Shown piece by piece: positions 45,016-57,500 of a stretch of DNA of 64,000 nucleotides (the stretch's first letter is position 1; every line of letters begins with the position of its first letter). This stretch comes from a virus (taxonomy: Duplodnaviria; Caudoviricetes). The notes below the pieces were generated by a model, which was given only the letters and a program-made list of their open reading frames with translations, had not been told where the DNA came from and made no database searches. Location: the IMG/VR virus record IMGVR_UViG_3300021399_000098, one strand, 5' to 3'. The position numbers were made by a program, and so were the translations under genes.

Positions 45016-48000
45016 TCTACTTCCTTGTTAAATTGTGTTATGTCGAATTGTTCAGTGTTTACGTTTACTATAGCCCTTATTGGGTTGTTCTGTGTAATGT
45101 CTTTTTGTATCTCCTTTTGAGCTTCTTCGCTTTTATTGCCCCATACTTCTTCCATGATTTTCATTTCAAATAGATTTATATTAACCTCATCATCTACCAC
45201 ATCTATATACCTGCTGTCAAAGACATAGGCATATTCCTTGTTTATAAAATCATATACAGCGTATAATGGAATGTATGTCTGGGCATACACATATGCCAAT
45301 GGCATACCATTTTTCATTTCTTTAACATCATTTTTATTCTTCAAAAAAAGTCTCCTTTCTGGAACCATTTTATTTGAACCCTCTTCCATTTCTTCCCAAT
45401 GCATAGGAATTACGAATGGAATGGTTTTTCCGATTCCAGCGTGATTGAACTCGATTTTCATGTATATTGGCTTTGGATGAAGCCTTTCTGTATATTCTCT
45501 GAAGATATACAAGTAGAATCCTTCTGAAGACGTGTCGGTTTTGTACTTGTTCACAATTTCCATCCTAGAACTGATTCTCTTTGTTTCATCTATGACAATA
45601 TGGCTAGAATCAGTGGAAGCTGAAGAATAATCGATTTTATTCTTTTTCTTACCTAAGAACTCAGTATTGACACTTATTTTTGAAGTTTTGTTTAGATTTG
45701 TTATGTCTTCTTTAGGAACTACTGTATATCCGTTTTCCTTCTTAAACTGTGGCTCTTCAACAAACCCATAATCGTTTACGTTCTTTCTAGAATTGTCAAT
45801 AAATCTCTTATACAGTTTATGCTCATCAATGAAAACACAAGATGTTGCTAATAAAGACTGAGTTTGTGGGTCTGTGGAATCGTAGAATGATAACCTAGCA
45901 AACGTCTTGGCAACCTTAGACTTTTGGTAGAATATGTCATCATTTGTGAAATAAAGCAATCCCATCAAGTCAGATGTCTCTTGCAATGTATCACCGCTTG
46001 CAGCCCTAGTTTCGTCATCGTTTAGAATTCCCTTATAAGGATGAAAATCGGTAATGAACCAGTTATCTGTGCTATTTGTGTTATCTTCCGTATCTCCACT
46101 AGTCTCATAGTTATTATACCCATCATTCACCTTCCAAGATTCCAAATTCCTAGTCCTAAAGTGGAAATTTAGGTTAATCTTCTCTATTGGATTGAAAACA
46201 GTTGTAGAACCTTCGTACCTATCTCCTACGATATACTTAGGCAAATATACGTCCTTTTCCATGTCCACAATAGGGTTGATGGCCTTTTCCTTCTCAACCT
46301 CATAGAAGTTCTTCGTGACAATATCGTCTTGCATGTAGTTGTTTGCCACGTTCATGTCTAAATTCAAAGGAATGTGAATATATCCACTGTTCACATACAC
46401 TTTCAAATCATCAAACAAGTTATAGAAATCATCAGTGGACGTTGGGGTGCTGTTAGCTTTAAATCCCAATTCCTTTTCTATTATGTCTTCTCCGAATATC
46501 TTATTTTCAATGGATAAGGTCATTATCCTTTGGTTCGAAACAACATCTTCACAAATAACACTGCTGACTAATCTCATGAATTCATCTGGGAAATCACTCT
46601 CGTCAAAACTAGGTTTGCAAATATACATTGAACTTCCCATGATTTCACTTATGACAAATGGGTATTTGTTTTTAAACGGCAAATTTGCATACAGTTTTTT
46701 TGAGTCCGATACCAAATCAGTAATGTCAATATCTTTTTCGTATTCTTGGATTATATATGTTTCACCATTTATGGTAACACCACTATAAGGTTTTATATCA
46801 TAAATACTTGTCGTTGCAGAAGCGCCAGAAGAACAACCACTAACAATGAGACCATATCTTTTTAACTGTCCAGCCCTATGCTTTCCGCCATCAATATTTT
46901 CTATTGAAAATGGCACTTCTTCGCCATCAATGTTGACAAAACAGTCCGCGCTCTTAACTTTACCTCTTTCAACGTCAGGTACATATCTAATGTCATATTC
47001 TTTTATATTGGTAGAATATTCTCCTATGGTGTCATTTATTTCAACTTTGTCTTTAATGTTTTTTTCAACTAGATATTTTTTACCATTATAAAGGATGAAA
47101 AGTATCTCATCTTCGCTCTCATCGTCAGTTTCACTTGCGACTTCACTAGACTCTATATCTTCCTCACTTTCAGTGTCAGCAGAATCACCAGATGATGCAT
47201 CAGACACATAATCATTCTGGTCATACACCAATGACTGAAAACCCCTATCTGTGGTGTCATCTGAAAACACTATCTTATCGCCAACGTTAAGAGGAGCATA
47301 AGAATCGTTTAGATAAACCACAATTTCCCTTCCATCGTTGGAACTCAAAATATTATGACTAACATCAAAATAAGCATCGTCAATCTTAATGAAAGCCTTA
47401 ATGTCTTTCAAATCGTTAAGGTCATACACACCATGAACGTCTGCATGGTCACTGTCTATTTTATAGCCGCTATTCCAACAAACGTCATATTCTGTGTTCA
47501 AACTTCCATCTATGTAATAAAGCGGAAAATACTTTTCCTCTAAGTTACCGTCCATTGTGTTGGCACTTAACACATATTTTGGAATACTGCACACAAAACT
47601 GAAACTATTACCACTTACAATTTGCTTAACCATGCAATGATGGTTCTTGTAGGTCACGAAATAATAATACTTACAAAAGGTAATCTTTTCAAAGTCTTTA
47701 TCTACAGAGTCTTCTTTCGTCAACTTTATCTTTGTAACTTCTTCATATTCTGTTGCGGATTTATAAGGATAACATATTATCTCATCACAGTCCGTTATTG
47801 CCGAAGCCTCCAATGCTTCGCCATCTTCCGTGTATTTTATAACTCCGTTATCAACCTTGCACTGGTCGCACACCTCGTCTTTCGTGTATATATAGTTAAC
47901 TCCATCTATTTCAACAAAATCATCCTCAATCCAAGACACGGCATCAATCTTAAGTGGTTCACCATCATCAGGTTTTTCAACTTCTATGTGGTCATATATA

Positions 48001-48428
48001 AATTGAGCATCTTCTCCACTCTCTACATCAACAGCTTTCACCGCATTCAATAGATTATCAATGGTATAGCCACTGACACCTTTTCTCAACTCATGTTCAT
48101 AAAAATACTTTCCATTGATGAACACATATTTGTATTCAATGTCTTCGTCTGTAGTAAAATTATGGTATGTGTCATGTTTGATTTCGAAGGTTTTACCTGA
48201 CATTACGATGAAACCTTTTCTTATCACGTTATGACAATCAACCTTTAACGTGTTGTCGGTGTTATTGATGCTGTTTGTTGAAGCCAAATAGTCAAACTTT
48301 TCCAAATGGTAACTTGGAGAGGTTACACCTGAAACGTAAGAAAGGTCTGGAGAAAGGTATTTCTCTCTCCAAACGATTTTATCTCTTTTGAAATTGCTTT
48401 CGTTAAGTTTTATACTATACTTTAACAT
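45012..48428 (-). CDS. Large acidic putative structural protein (1138 aa)
   Basis: Overlapping start/stop with both neighbours. Confidence 0.7.
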   Translation of the reverse strand: MLKYSIKLNESNFKRDKIVWREKYLSPDLSYVSGVTSPSYHLEKFDYLASTNSINNTDNTLKVDCHNVIRKGFIVMSGKTFEIKHDTYHNFTTDEDIEYKYVFINGKYFYEHELRKGVSGYTIDNLLNAVKAVDVESGEDAQFIYDHIEVEKPDDGEPLKIDAVSWIEDDFVEIDGVNYIYTKDEVCDQCKVDNGVIKYTEDGEALEASAITDCDEIICYPYKSATEYEEVTKIKLTKEDSVDKDFEKITFCKYYYFVTYKNHHCMVKQIVSGNSFSFVCSIPKYVLSANTMDGNLEEKYFPLYYIDGSLNTEYDVCWNSGYKIDSDHADVHGVYDLNDLKDIKAFIKIDDAYFDVSHNILSSNDGREIVVYLNDSYAPLNVGDKIVFSDDTTDRGFQSLVYDQNDYVSDASSGDSADTESEEDIESSEVASETDDESEDEILFILYNGKKYLVEKNIKDKVEINDTIGEYSTNIKEYDIRYVPDVERGKVKSADCFVNIDGEEVPFSIENIDGGKHRAGQLKRYGLIVSGCSSGASATTSIYDIKPYSGVTINGETYIIQEYEKDIDITDLVSDSKKLYANLPFKNKYPFVISEIMGSSMYICKPSFDESDFPDEFMRLVSSVICEDVVSNQRIMTLSIENKIFGEDIIEKELGFKANSTPTSTDDFYNLFDDLKVYVNSGYIHIPLNLDMNVANNYMQDDIVTKNFYEVEKEKAINPIVDMEKDVYLPKYIVGDRYEGSTTVFNPIEKINLNFHFRTRNLESWKVNDGYNNYETSGDTEDNTNSTDNWFITDFHPYKGILNDDETRAASGDTLQETSDLMGLLYFTNDDIFYQKSKVAKTFARLSFYDSTDPQTQSLLATSCVFIDEHKLYKRFIDNSRKNVNDYGFVEEPQFKKENGYTVVPKEDITNLNKTSKISVNTEFLGKKKNKIDYSSASTDSSHIVIDETKRISSRMEIVNKYKTDTSSEGFYLYIFREYTERLHPKPIYMKIEFNHAGIGKTIPFVIPMHWEEMEEGSNKMVPERRLFLKNKNDVKEMKNGMPLAYVYAQTYIPLYAVYDFINKEYAYVFDSRYIDVVDDEVNINLFEMKIMEEVWGNKSEEAQKEIQKDITQNNPIRAIVNVNTEQFDITQFNKEVE

Positions 48429-51400
48429 TCTATTTCAGTGTCTTTTACGTAGTTATCCTCAGTAGAAATATCAAGTTCTTGACCCATTACATCAGTTTCA
48501 TTGTACATTCCCCACTCTGCAATTGGGTCTTGTCTTCTAACATAAATATTTATGTTTCTGTTTATATAAAACGCCCCATTTGTGAACGGATATTCCTCTA
48601 CCGTATCATCACTCTTATTCAAACCGTTGTTAATAACGTTTCGCCATATAATTCTACAAGTTCCGTCTTTAAGCACCCTAGCATAGCTAGGAACATCCAA
48701 GTTATCCATCTTGAACAGTTTGTACTTATTCAAAGGATATGTCAAATCTGCGGCTTCCTCAGTACCCTCCTTGTAAACCTTGCATGTGAAAACCTTATAA
48801 TTATCATTAGTTCCACTTACAGTTATACAGTCGTAATATTCATCAGTTTCCTTGTTGTAAATCATTGTCTTATCACCTGGTGATAGGAAGTGTTGCTGCA
48901 ATGTCGTAATGGAATATCTACCATTTTGTAAGTCATCAAGTCTTCTCATCGTCAAGAAGTCTGGCACTATCGTCTGCAACTTGTCAAATGTCTTGATTGG
49001 TATTTTGTAATGTGGGGCATAGTAATAACCTTCCTTGAATGCGTTAACCCCTTCCACTAATGCAGTTCTTCCACTATATACTTGACTAGTATCGTAATCA
49101 TCATACGCTATTTCATCGTAGCAATAGGTTTTGAAGTAATCACCTGAAGGAGTATTATCAGTTTCCCTTTGCGCAGTATTAAACCTTTGCATTACTTGCT
49201 GAATTGGTCTTTCCACTGCATTGTAACCATCATAATAGCACAAATCACCATAAAAATGCTTATCAGTGTTGTACCACACCTCTTCTTTGGGTACTTGAAT
49301 TTCATTTCCATCACTGTCTTTATATGACCTATCATTTGGGTTTATAACACCACCAATCAAATATCCAAAAGTAGGGTCAGCGTTCAAGTTATGAATCTTA
49401 TAAATCGATGAAATAGACTTTTCATATTTTGATTCTATTGACGTTTCTATTCCGCATGTAATCTTACCGAAGCAATGGGAATATTCTACAGTATCACCAG
49501 ATATTTTATCCTCACTCCAACTAGGGTAGTCAAATCCGTACCACTCTTTATAACCCATGTTGTTCTTAATAAACGTTATATAAAGGTCTGTGATAGGTCT
49601 TCCCAAGTTATCCTTTATATTTGAAATGTCTATGTCATCCGTGAACACAAGCTCGCCTATTCCGTCATTGTAGATGTTCTTGGCAAATGCCAAACGGCTT
49701 ATGTGGTTTTCAAATTCGTATTCTCTGTCTTGATAGGTGTCTATCATTTCAGCATTGTTTCTGTATATCTGATACTCATTTGATGTGTCACCACTAGCAT
49801 ACTTGAAATTAGGTAATCTAGAGAAAATCCTGATATAATAATCGCACTCAATGTCATTGACAACCTTCTTATATGATATGCGCTGTGCCTTATCGTCAAA
49901 ATTAACATAATCACCATTCACTATATAATAATGCTCATCCCCTACACTAGGGTCACCATCATCTGCGCTTATATAGTATTTCTTGTTTGTATCTAATTTG
50001 AATCCCCTCGTTTCGTCACCAAAAACAACCTTCAAAGGTGTTTCTGTGTCCTTTTTCTCCGCATCTGTCAACAGTACCCAATAATTGCCTATTTGAATAT
50101 CTGCGCCAAAGACAGTAAAGATGTAATCATCTACCACTTCAGTAACTTCGGCATTGTTTAAAACTTGTCTATTAACTGTAACGTTTTTTTCGCTAACCAC
50201 CTCAAAATCACTTGGTTTACCTTCATCACTGACTAATATTGCCATAGCATCATTGGCCTCTTCTTCCGTTTCAAATTTCTCAGTGACCCTTGTGCCACCT
50301 GAATTGATGTCAGAATTGATGTCAATCTTCTCAACCCAATATAAATCAGTGACATAAGTCTTGTAAATGTTCACATAATCACCTACACTCAATCCATGTT
50401 TCGCTATACTGTATATGACAATTTGTGACGTTCCGTTATCAGCCCTAGTATTCTCATCGAAATAGACCGCTTTCAAAGAGTTAATACCATCGTTACACTC
50501 TATAATGTCTGAGAATGGGCTATATATTTTTTTTCCTGTTTCCTCATTGATTTTAATATAAGGCGTAAACGATGAACTAGGATATGTAATGCAATAGTTC
50601 CAATTCTTTTCGATTCTCCTCCTATAAGGATTGAACTTAGGTATGAATGAATACAAATCCCTTGATGGGTACATATCAACAAAATCACCACCGTTTACAT
50701 TCATGATAGGTCTTTCTATCTTCAACTCATCACCCACTTCTTTAGCTTTTTGGAAATCTTTGTACGACTTGATTTTTGACCTATTGTAAAATCCTAGCCA
50801 TCCGTTGTATTTCTTTATCAGCTTCGTCTTATAGCACTCTTCAAAAGAATCTATGTCATCATACTCATATAGATGCATTGTTATTTCCTTTTTGTTACCT
50901 GCAACTCCAGCGTCAATTGGAAAATACAAGTTTTCAACCACATTATTACCATTAACATCGCGCATTAAATCAAACATAGTATTAAATGCTTGGTAATCAT
51001 CGTCCAAATATCTACAAATGGTTTTAAATGTTTTGCTTCTTATAAGATGGTTATTGAAAATGTCAAATCCACAGTGATATGTAAAACCAACGTCACTGCT
51101 TGAAAGTTCAGTGTCTCTTATTGAATTTGTACATGCCGATGAAGAAGGTTCACTTAAAGTGTAAACAGAATTTTCGGTTGAAAAGTAGTTCATTGTATTT
51201 CCAGACCAAAAGTTCATTGTATGAGGTTTATATGGAACATTTTCAAACAACGAATTTTCTCCGATTCCATAGTTAATGAAAGCAACGTTTTCGCTTCCTT
51301 CGTCCTTAACTATTTCTGTTATTCTGTTAAACAACACATTTGAGCAGATTGGATTAATTTGACAAGTAAGCCTTATGATGTTACATTTTTCCCTTTCCTC

Positions 51401-51547
51401 AACGTATTGGTCATATTGACTTATAACCTCGCCAATGTCACCCAAGGGTAGAAGTTTTTTCCTACCCTTGAGTTCAACATCCAAACCACCACTTGTGTTG
51501 GAAGCTGTTTTGCTATCGTATTTGTTCAAAAAAATCTTTGTATCCAT
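48422..51547 (-). CDS. Large putative structural protein (1041 aa)
   Basis: Operon context; C-terminal EYPFTNGAFY...RRQDP. Confidence 0.7.
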   Translation of the reverse strand: MDTKIFLNKYDSKTASNTSGGLDVELKGRKKLLPLGDIGEVISQYDQYVEEREKCNIIRLTCQINPICSNVLFNRITEIVKDEGSENVAFINYGIGENSLFENVPYKPHTMNFWSGNTMNYFSTENSVYTLSEPSSSACTNSIRDTELSSSDVGFTYHCGFDIFNNHLIRSKTFKTICRYLDDDYQAFNTMFDLMRDVNGNNVVENLYFPIDAGVAGNKKEITMHLYEYDDIDSFEECYKTKLIKKYNGWLGFYNRSKIKSYKDFQKAKEVGDELKIERPIMNVNGGDFVDMYPSRDLYSFIPKFNPYRRRIEKNWNYCITYPSSSFTPYIKINEETGKKIYSPFSDIIECNDGINSLKAVYFDENTRADNGTSQIVIYSIAKHGLSVGDYVNIYKTYVTDLYWVEKIDINSDINSGGTRVTEKFETEEEANDAMAILVSDEGKPSDFEVVSEKNVTVNRQVLNNAEVTEVVDDYIFTVFGADIQIGNYWVLLTDAEKKDTETPLKVVFGDETRGFKLDTNKKYYISADDGDPSVGDEHYYIVNGDYVNFDDKAQRISYKKVVNDIECDYYIRIFSRLPNFKYASGDTSNEYQIYRNNAEMIDTYQDREYEFENHISRLAFAKNIYNDGIGELVFTDDIDISNIKDNLGRPITDLYITFIKNNMGYKEWYGFDYPSWSEDKISGDTVEYSHCFGKITCGIETSIESKYEKSISSIYKIHNLNADPTFGYLIGGVINPNDRSYKDSDGNEIQVPKEEVWYNTDKHFYGDLCYYDGYNAVERPIQQVMQRFNTAQRETDNTPSGDYFKTYCYDEIAYDDYDTSQVYSGRTALVEGVNAFKEGYYYAPHYKIPIKTFDKLQTIVPDFLTMRRLDDLQNGRYSITTLQQHFLSPGDKTMIYNKETDEYYDCITVSGTNDNYKVFTCKVYKEGTEEAADLTYPLNKYKLFKMDNLDVPSYARVLKDGTCRIIWRNVINNGLNKSDDTVEEYPFTNGAFYINRNINIYVRRQDPIAEWGMYNETDVMGQELDISTEDNYVKDTEIEC

Positions 51548-51548
51548 C

Positions 51549-54500
51549 TTATAAAGAAATACTTATTTCTGTTTTATATTTTGTTCCATCTGTAGCCATT
51601 GTGTCTTTTGGTAAATGGTCTTGGCTTACATAGTTAATTTTGAAATTGATTATTCTATAAGAGAAATTACTCTTTGTCTTTGCATAAATTTCACAATCTA
51701 TACTACCGCCATAATCAGCAAATATACCCATATCTTCAGTCCATCTAATAGAATACCTTATGTATGTGTCATCCCCTTGGATGTATTGCGTAATGTCAAA
51801 AGGAACTAATTCATAATAGTCGTATTTGATTTTAAACTTGAATGTATATGACATCATCTTGTAATCAGCAAATGCCTCACATTGCCTATCTTGGATTGAA
51901 GTTCCACTATTAGTATCAAACTTGAATTGGAATGTTATTACTTGCGTACATATTTTAGTATTACCACTAGTTTCACCAGATGAAGGTGTTATACCAGTAA
52001 CGACCTCAGTGCTAGATGGGTCACTAGGGTCACCAGTAGGAATGTCCTCACTATCTGAGGTAACACCTGTTATCACTTCTGGTGGATAAACTTCAGTTGC
52101 AGCACTAGTTGCTGTAACATAAGACGCAAGTTCACCATTTTCAGGGAATGCAATCAAAGTTCCCAAAAACAAATCTCTACAGTCATATATGTCTGTGGTT
52201 TCAATGCTTCTTATGTGCCTCTTCAAGTTATCACTATCTTGGTATACGTATTCCCTATCAACCAAAATAGTAAATGCTTTAGTTTCCCTTATGTTTAAAT
52301 TTTCTTTTTGGAATACAATGTTAGTGAAAACGTCATCATCTGACAAGATGTATTCACCAAGTTCGTCATCTTCTTTAAAGAACTTACCTAGTAACTTGTC
52401 AGCACCATAGAAGCCCTTTTCTTTGTTTTCATAATTGTCAACAATTTTTACACCCTCTGGAAGCACTACCGTCTGGTCTAAGTCACTATCAAGGATAGAG
52501 AATATTGTCCATGTTGGGCGGTCAAAGGTTAACAGTTCAACATCTTCAATTGCAGCATCTAGTGACTTTCCATCGCCCCATTTACCGAACTCTGTCCTTG
52601 GATTGGCTGTTTTAATATAGCCAATTCCATCAATACCATTGTCGTTAGATGGTTTAATATAAGGCAAAACTTTAATTAACTTAGGTACTTTCGTATACAC
52701 ATCAAAGTAATCATTTGAAAATGATTCAAACTTAAAGTTTACAGAAGCCGTACTAGCTGAAAAATGTATGAAACCACCGTTAAGCGTACCCATATTGTAA
52801 GACACATTAGCATATTTCTTAGTGTCTGCATTAGGTGGGATAAAAGTAATGGCCTTACCAAACTCAATTGATATTTCTGTACTTTCTCCTCCGTTTGCCT
52901 CTGCTATTATTGTTCCATCGTCTTCATTAGATGCCTTTATACCATAAGAGCAACACTGTGTTAAGTAACTAAACGTAGGTGTTTGTGGCAAGTTTCCTAT
53001 GTCAAGATAACGTCTTGATGGATAGCCAGTGCTATTCGGTGTTATATAAGCATTCTCCCTATTAAAATCTTTGTTATATAAACTTGGGATTTCTGATGGA
53101 TATTTGTAGACATAGAAAGGATTATTTAAATTCTTAATGGCGTTTTCTCCACTACCGCTTATTTGTTGACCACCACCACCGTTAGTACAGTATGTAGTTA
53201 GTCTGTTTTGGTTAAAATCAGACCAATACAAATGTCTTATATCAAAATCATATAATTCTGAAGTATAAAATTGCTTGGTAATTGTACGACTAGTAACGTC
53301 TATTCCAGCGTTATATCCAAAACTATTACCCAAATACTTAACAGAATTTTCACTATTCCAAACCGTTTTTGTTGGGTTGGTTTCATAGTTGTAAATGGTT
53401 GTAGCATTGCTGCCAGTATCAGAATCATACTTGTAAGAATATTCCAACCTATTATTACTATTAGCATAAGTATACTTACCAAGTGCTTCATCAAAATGTG
53501 GGTCACCTGAAATGATATTATAATTTTCATCATAAGCCATTTCTATACCATTATAAGTAGTACCACTTAAACGGCCACCTCTCCATATTCTATCCTTTCC
53601 TTTGTCAATATGCAAACTGATGTTGTTGTTATTGACTGAAGGTGCTAACACAATTAAATCATAGTCAAACCTCCTGTCAACATACAATGCTCTCACATAA
53701 GGAAGGGTTCTTCTTAATTTATCGTTATCTAACTGTTGCGTTTGGGCACTATAAACCCAAGAAAAATCTGTAATTTTTCCTTCTTTATCTTGCCCCAATC
53801 TCTTAACACCATTCATAGGGCTAACAGAAGCAAATGACGGTACTCTAGTGATGTTTATGTTGATTCCATCTATTTGGGTATTTGATATATACGAGCCATT
53901 GTGCGTAAACGCTGCAAAATAATTACCCAAAAGATGACTAGTATCAGCCTCATAAACAACATTATTGTAACGAGGTCCAGCATCAGCTTGGAAATCATAT
54001 TCACCATCACTTATTCTTTTTTTATAGTTACTTGTGATTATATTAGGCGCATATTCATTTCCGTCTGTTTGCCACGAATCGGTTAAAAGATATTTATTCT
54101 TAATTTTTGTTGAATCGTCATACATAGGGGCTGCGCTTCTATAAAGCAACGGACTTACGCCACCATTTGCCCTATATGTAAACGTCAGTGAAGAGTCTTT
54201 AGTTACATAAGCACCTTCACATAAGTTAAACATTGAATTAAACTTAAACTTAAGAATATTTCTCCTAATTTCAGGTGTCGTGACAGAATCAGTAATTGTG
54301 CTTATTGCATCTTCCCATATCTCTTGATTCTTTTCAATAGTTGTGTCAAATTTGTATGAGGACTCTTGATGCAATCCATACCAACCGTATGAATTCATGT
54401 CATTTGCTGCGTCAAAAGGCGTACTTTTATACAATTTACTATTGTTGTTAGCAATAGTGGCAGCACTACTATCATTCAACGTGCCAAGCATAAACTTAAC

Positions 54501-57500
54501 TGGCATATTGTTTAACGTTGCAGTGAAATTCTCTCCGTTTTGTATGTTTACAATTTCAGATGAAGTATTTTCAACAACTAAACTGCCGTTACAATATTCA
54601 GTCAACGTCAACAAGAACCTGTTAGGCTGATAAACATAAAACTCTATGACTTTTTCACTTTCCTTATAAGCAATCCAGTAAGGCTTTGTAGTTCCACTAA
54701 TAAACATGTTTTCATTGTTAGGAACTCCATTCGCATTGTCGCACATACATTTGTTAGTGGTTGTTTCTCCACTATCTTGTTTGTAAACGTTCAATGTAAG
54801 CGATACTTTAACCTCTGTGTTAAAATCTTCAGAAATACAATAGACATCTAATGTATACTTACCATTAGCATAGTTTATATTTTCAATTGGTAAGCCACCA
54901 GACAATCGTGCTATTTCGCACTTATGGCCATCAACGATAATATCCTTCAACTTAATTATACCGTAAAATTTGTTGTCATCATGGCATATATAGTCAATCC
55001 TAGTAGTATTGATGTCATAAAACTTAGTACCTAGTCTTACACTTTCGTATTCGCCAACTATTTTAGGAACATCCAACTTTATCTTCTCAGACAGCATCTT
55101 ACCATTGTTATCAATGACCTCTAGAATGTACTCTTGGTTCGTCAAGCCGCTTGTTCTACCTGATGTATCTTTGCCATATGGGAAATCAACTATCTCATAA
55201 TATGACATTTCATGCGTGTCTGGGTTTTCAACCTCATCGTATTGTTTTCCTTCTTCCTTCTTATCTACAGGAATTTGATATTTTACATATGGATTTGAAA
55301 TAACATCACCAGATGCATTTATTGTACCACCAATTACAAACTGAGAATAAGTCATGTCTGTTTCTTCGATGATAATATCACCGAATGAATCATACAACTT
55401 GTATGTATAAGGTGCTCTGATGTCATCCAACGTGACTTTGATGTAGCCATATCCGTCAGTATCTTTATATATGGAAGGGCAATATGACCTACCCCTCTTG
55501 TCTAGGTCTAATGTAAACGGCTTTTTGTCTTGTTTATAACAAACGGCATAGAACATCTGATTGAACTTATCAATAGCTGTGCTACCCTTCTTTATACCGA
55601 AATAGAAATAGAAAGAGTTATTGTACAAAGGCATGTCATAGTTACCATTATCATGGTAAAAATGCCTTATCCTCAATTCTGAATTGTCTGTCATAGAACG
55701 TCCACTTTCTGCGCCAAGCCTGAATGTTAGATATGCTTGGTCTGCCTCATCATAGAGTGCTTGTTGGAAACTGTTTCTATACAAATCCATAGGAACTTTA
55801 AGTCTTCCATCAAAATCTACAGGATATATGTATTTAAACTTAGGAATCAAATAACTAGTATTTTCATCAGGTATTTGTGTGGTGCATCCACTCGTTAGAG
55901 AGTCTTGATAAGACTGAGGTATGAATCCTATGTGGTTCAATGTTGCAAACATAGCCCTGTTTTCAGTGTCATCAAGTTCAAGTTTGTTTATGAAACCGTC
56001 TGAATCGAACTGTCCATATTTAACATCATTTCCACCACTATGGTATGCCATGTTGTATGTCATATCAAGATTTACACCATACTCACTAAGTCTTTCAACG
56101 TTGATGCATGACTTAGGTCTAGTAGCAGCATAGGTACAAGACAAGTCCATAAACAAACCAGTCTTGTATTTTGGAGTTTGCTTATTTCCATTGTGACCCC
56201 AATCCATACCAGTGGTGATTGTTGTACCACTGTCTTCAGAATCTCCACCAATGTCCTTAGAAGACTTCTTTTCCTCTTCTTCAGGATTTATCGTCTCTTC
56301 TATAGTAGCAATTGCAGGAATATTAGCTGTGGTTGAAGGTAAACAAGTAAAGAATTGAGGAATACCATATATGTTGTTAGGGTCTAAGTTACCCAACAAT
56401 ATTATATCTGTGGCATATAGTCTAACTGCATGAAAATTTGGATTAACCATTTCCATTTCTAAGTCAGGATTCTTATTCGTGCTATCATCAACAGCTTGTG
56501 TTGCCACATAATAATATGCTGTCAATCCGTCTTTGTTCTCAACTGCCTTTATTAGACCCCTCTTATATCTAACTTGTCCAGTCTTGTTCTTGTGCCATCT
56601 GTTTTCACTATCTGGCATTGAACTATTAGTAGCCGTTAAACTATTGTCTTCATATTCTATGTTACATGTGACGTAAGTCTTTAATCTAGAGTAAGTTTTG
56701 CCACATGAACAATACTCATTTTTAGCTCTGCTTGAGAATAAGCCGAACAAGAATGTCTTCTTTTTCCTCTTCCTCCAATACCAAAGTGGCATGTATAGGC
56801 AACCATTCAACCAATCTTGGTAGAAGTCTAGCTTGATGATTTTGAAATCTAGGGCTAAGTTTCTCTGAATGATGTCTGTAAGTGTGGAGTTGTCATTGAC
56901 TCTTTTACAATCACCTTCCATATCATCTGGACAATCAGCGTATTTTAAGCCAGTGCTTTTACACCAACATCCTGGATAATATGCAACATTACCTTCACTA
57001 AGTCCTGCTGAAAGAGGTATACAACCGATGAAATCAGGTACTGGTAGCCATCCAAAAGGTCTGACTCTCCATTTAAACACCTTAAAACTGAACTTTTTAA
57101 TCCTATAGAATATGTTGATAATTGAATCTATTAGACATACTAAACTATTGATGAATGCTATGATAATCATTACAATCTTAAACAATATGCAAAGTATCAT
57201 AAACGTGAATGGTATGTCAACACGAAGTTTGTTGAAAGGAACTGCATTTTGGTCTTCGGCCAAGTTAGCACCTTTCAACGAACTATAGTTCTTAGCATAT
57301 GCTCTGTGAGCAACTTGTGTCTTAGGAATGTAGTTTTTGACGCTATAAACGTTGTTCCAATACAAATCTCTGAAACAACTCTCAGGTGTTGCAGAGCCAA
57401 ACAAATACATTTTCTCTAATTCACTACCTTTAATGTCAATAGTTGGAATAACTTCCTTTTCACTAAAGATGGGATTCATAGGAACTAGGTATTTTGCTGT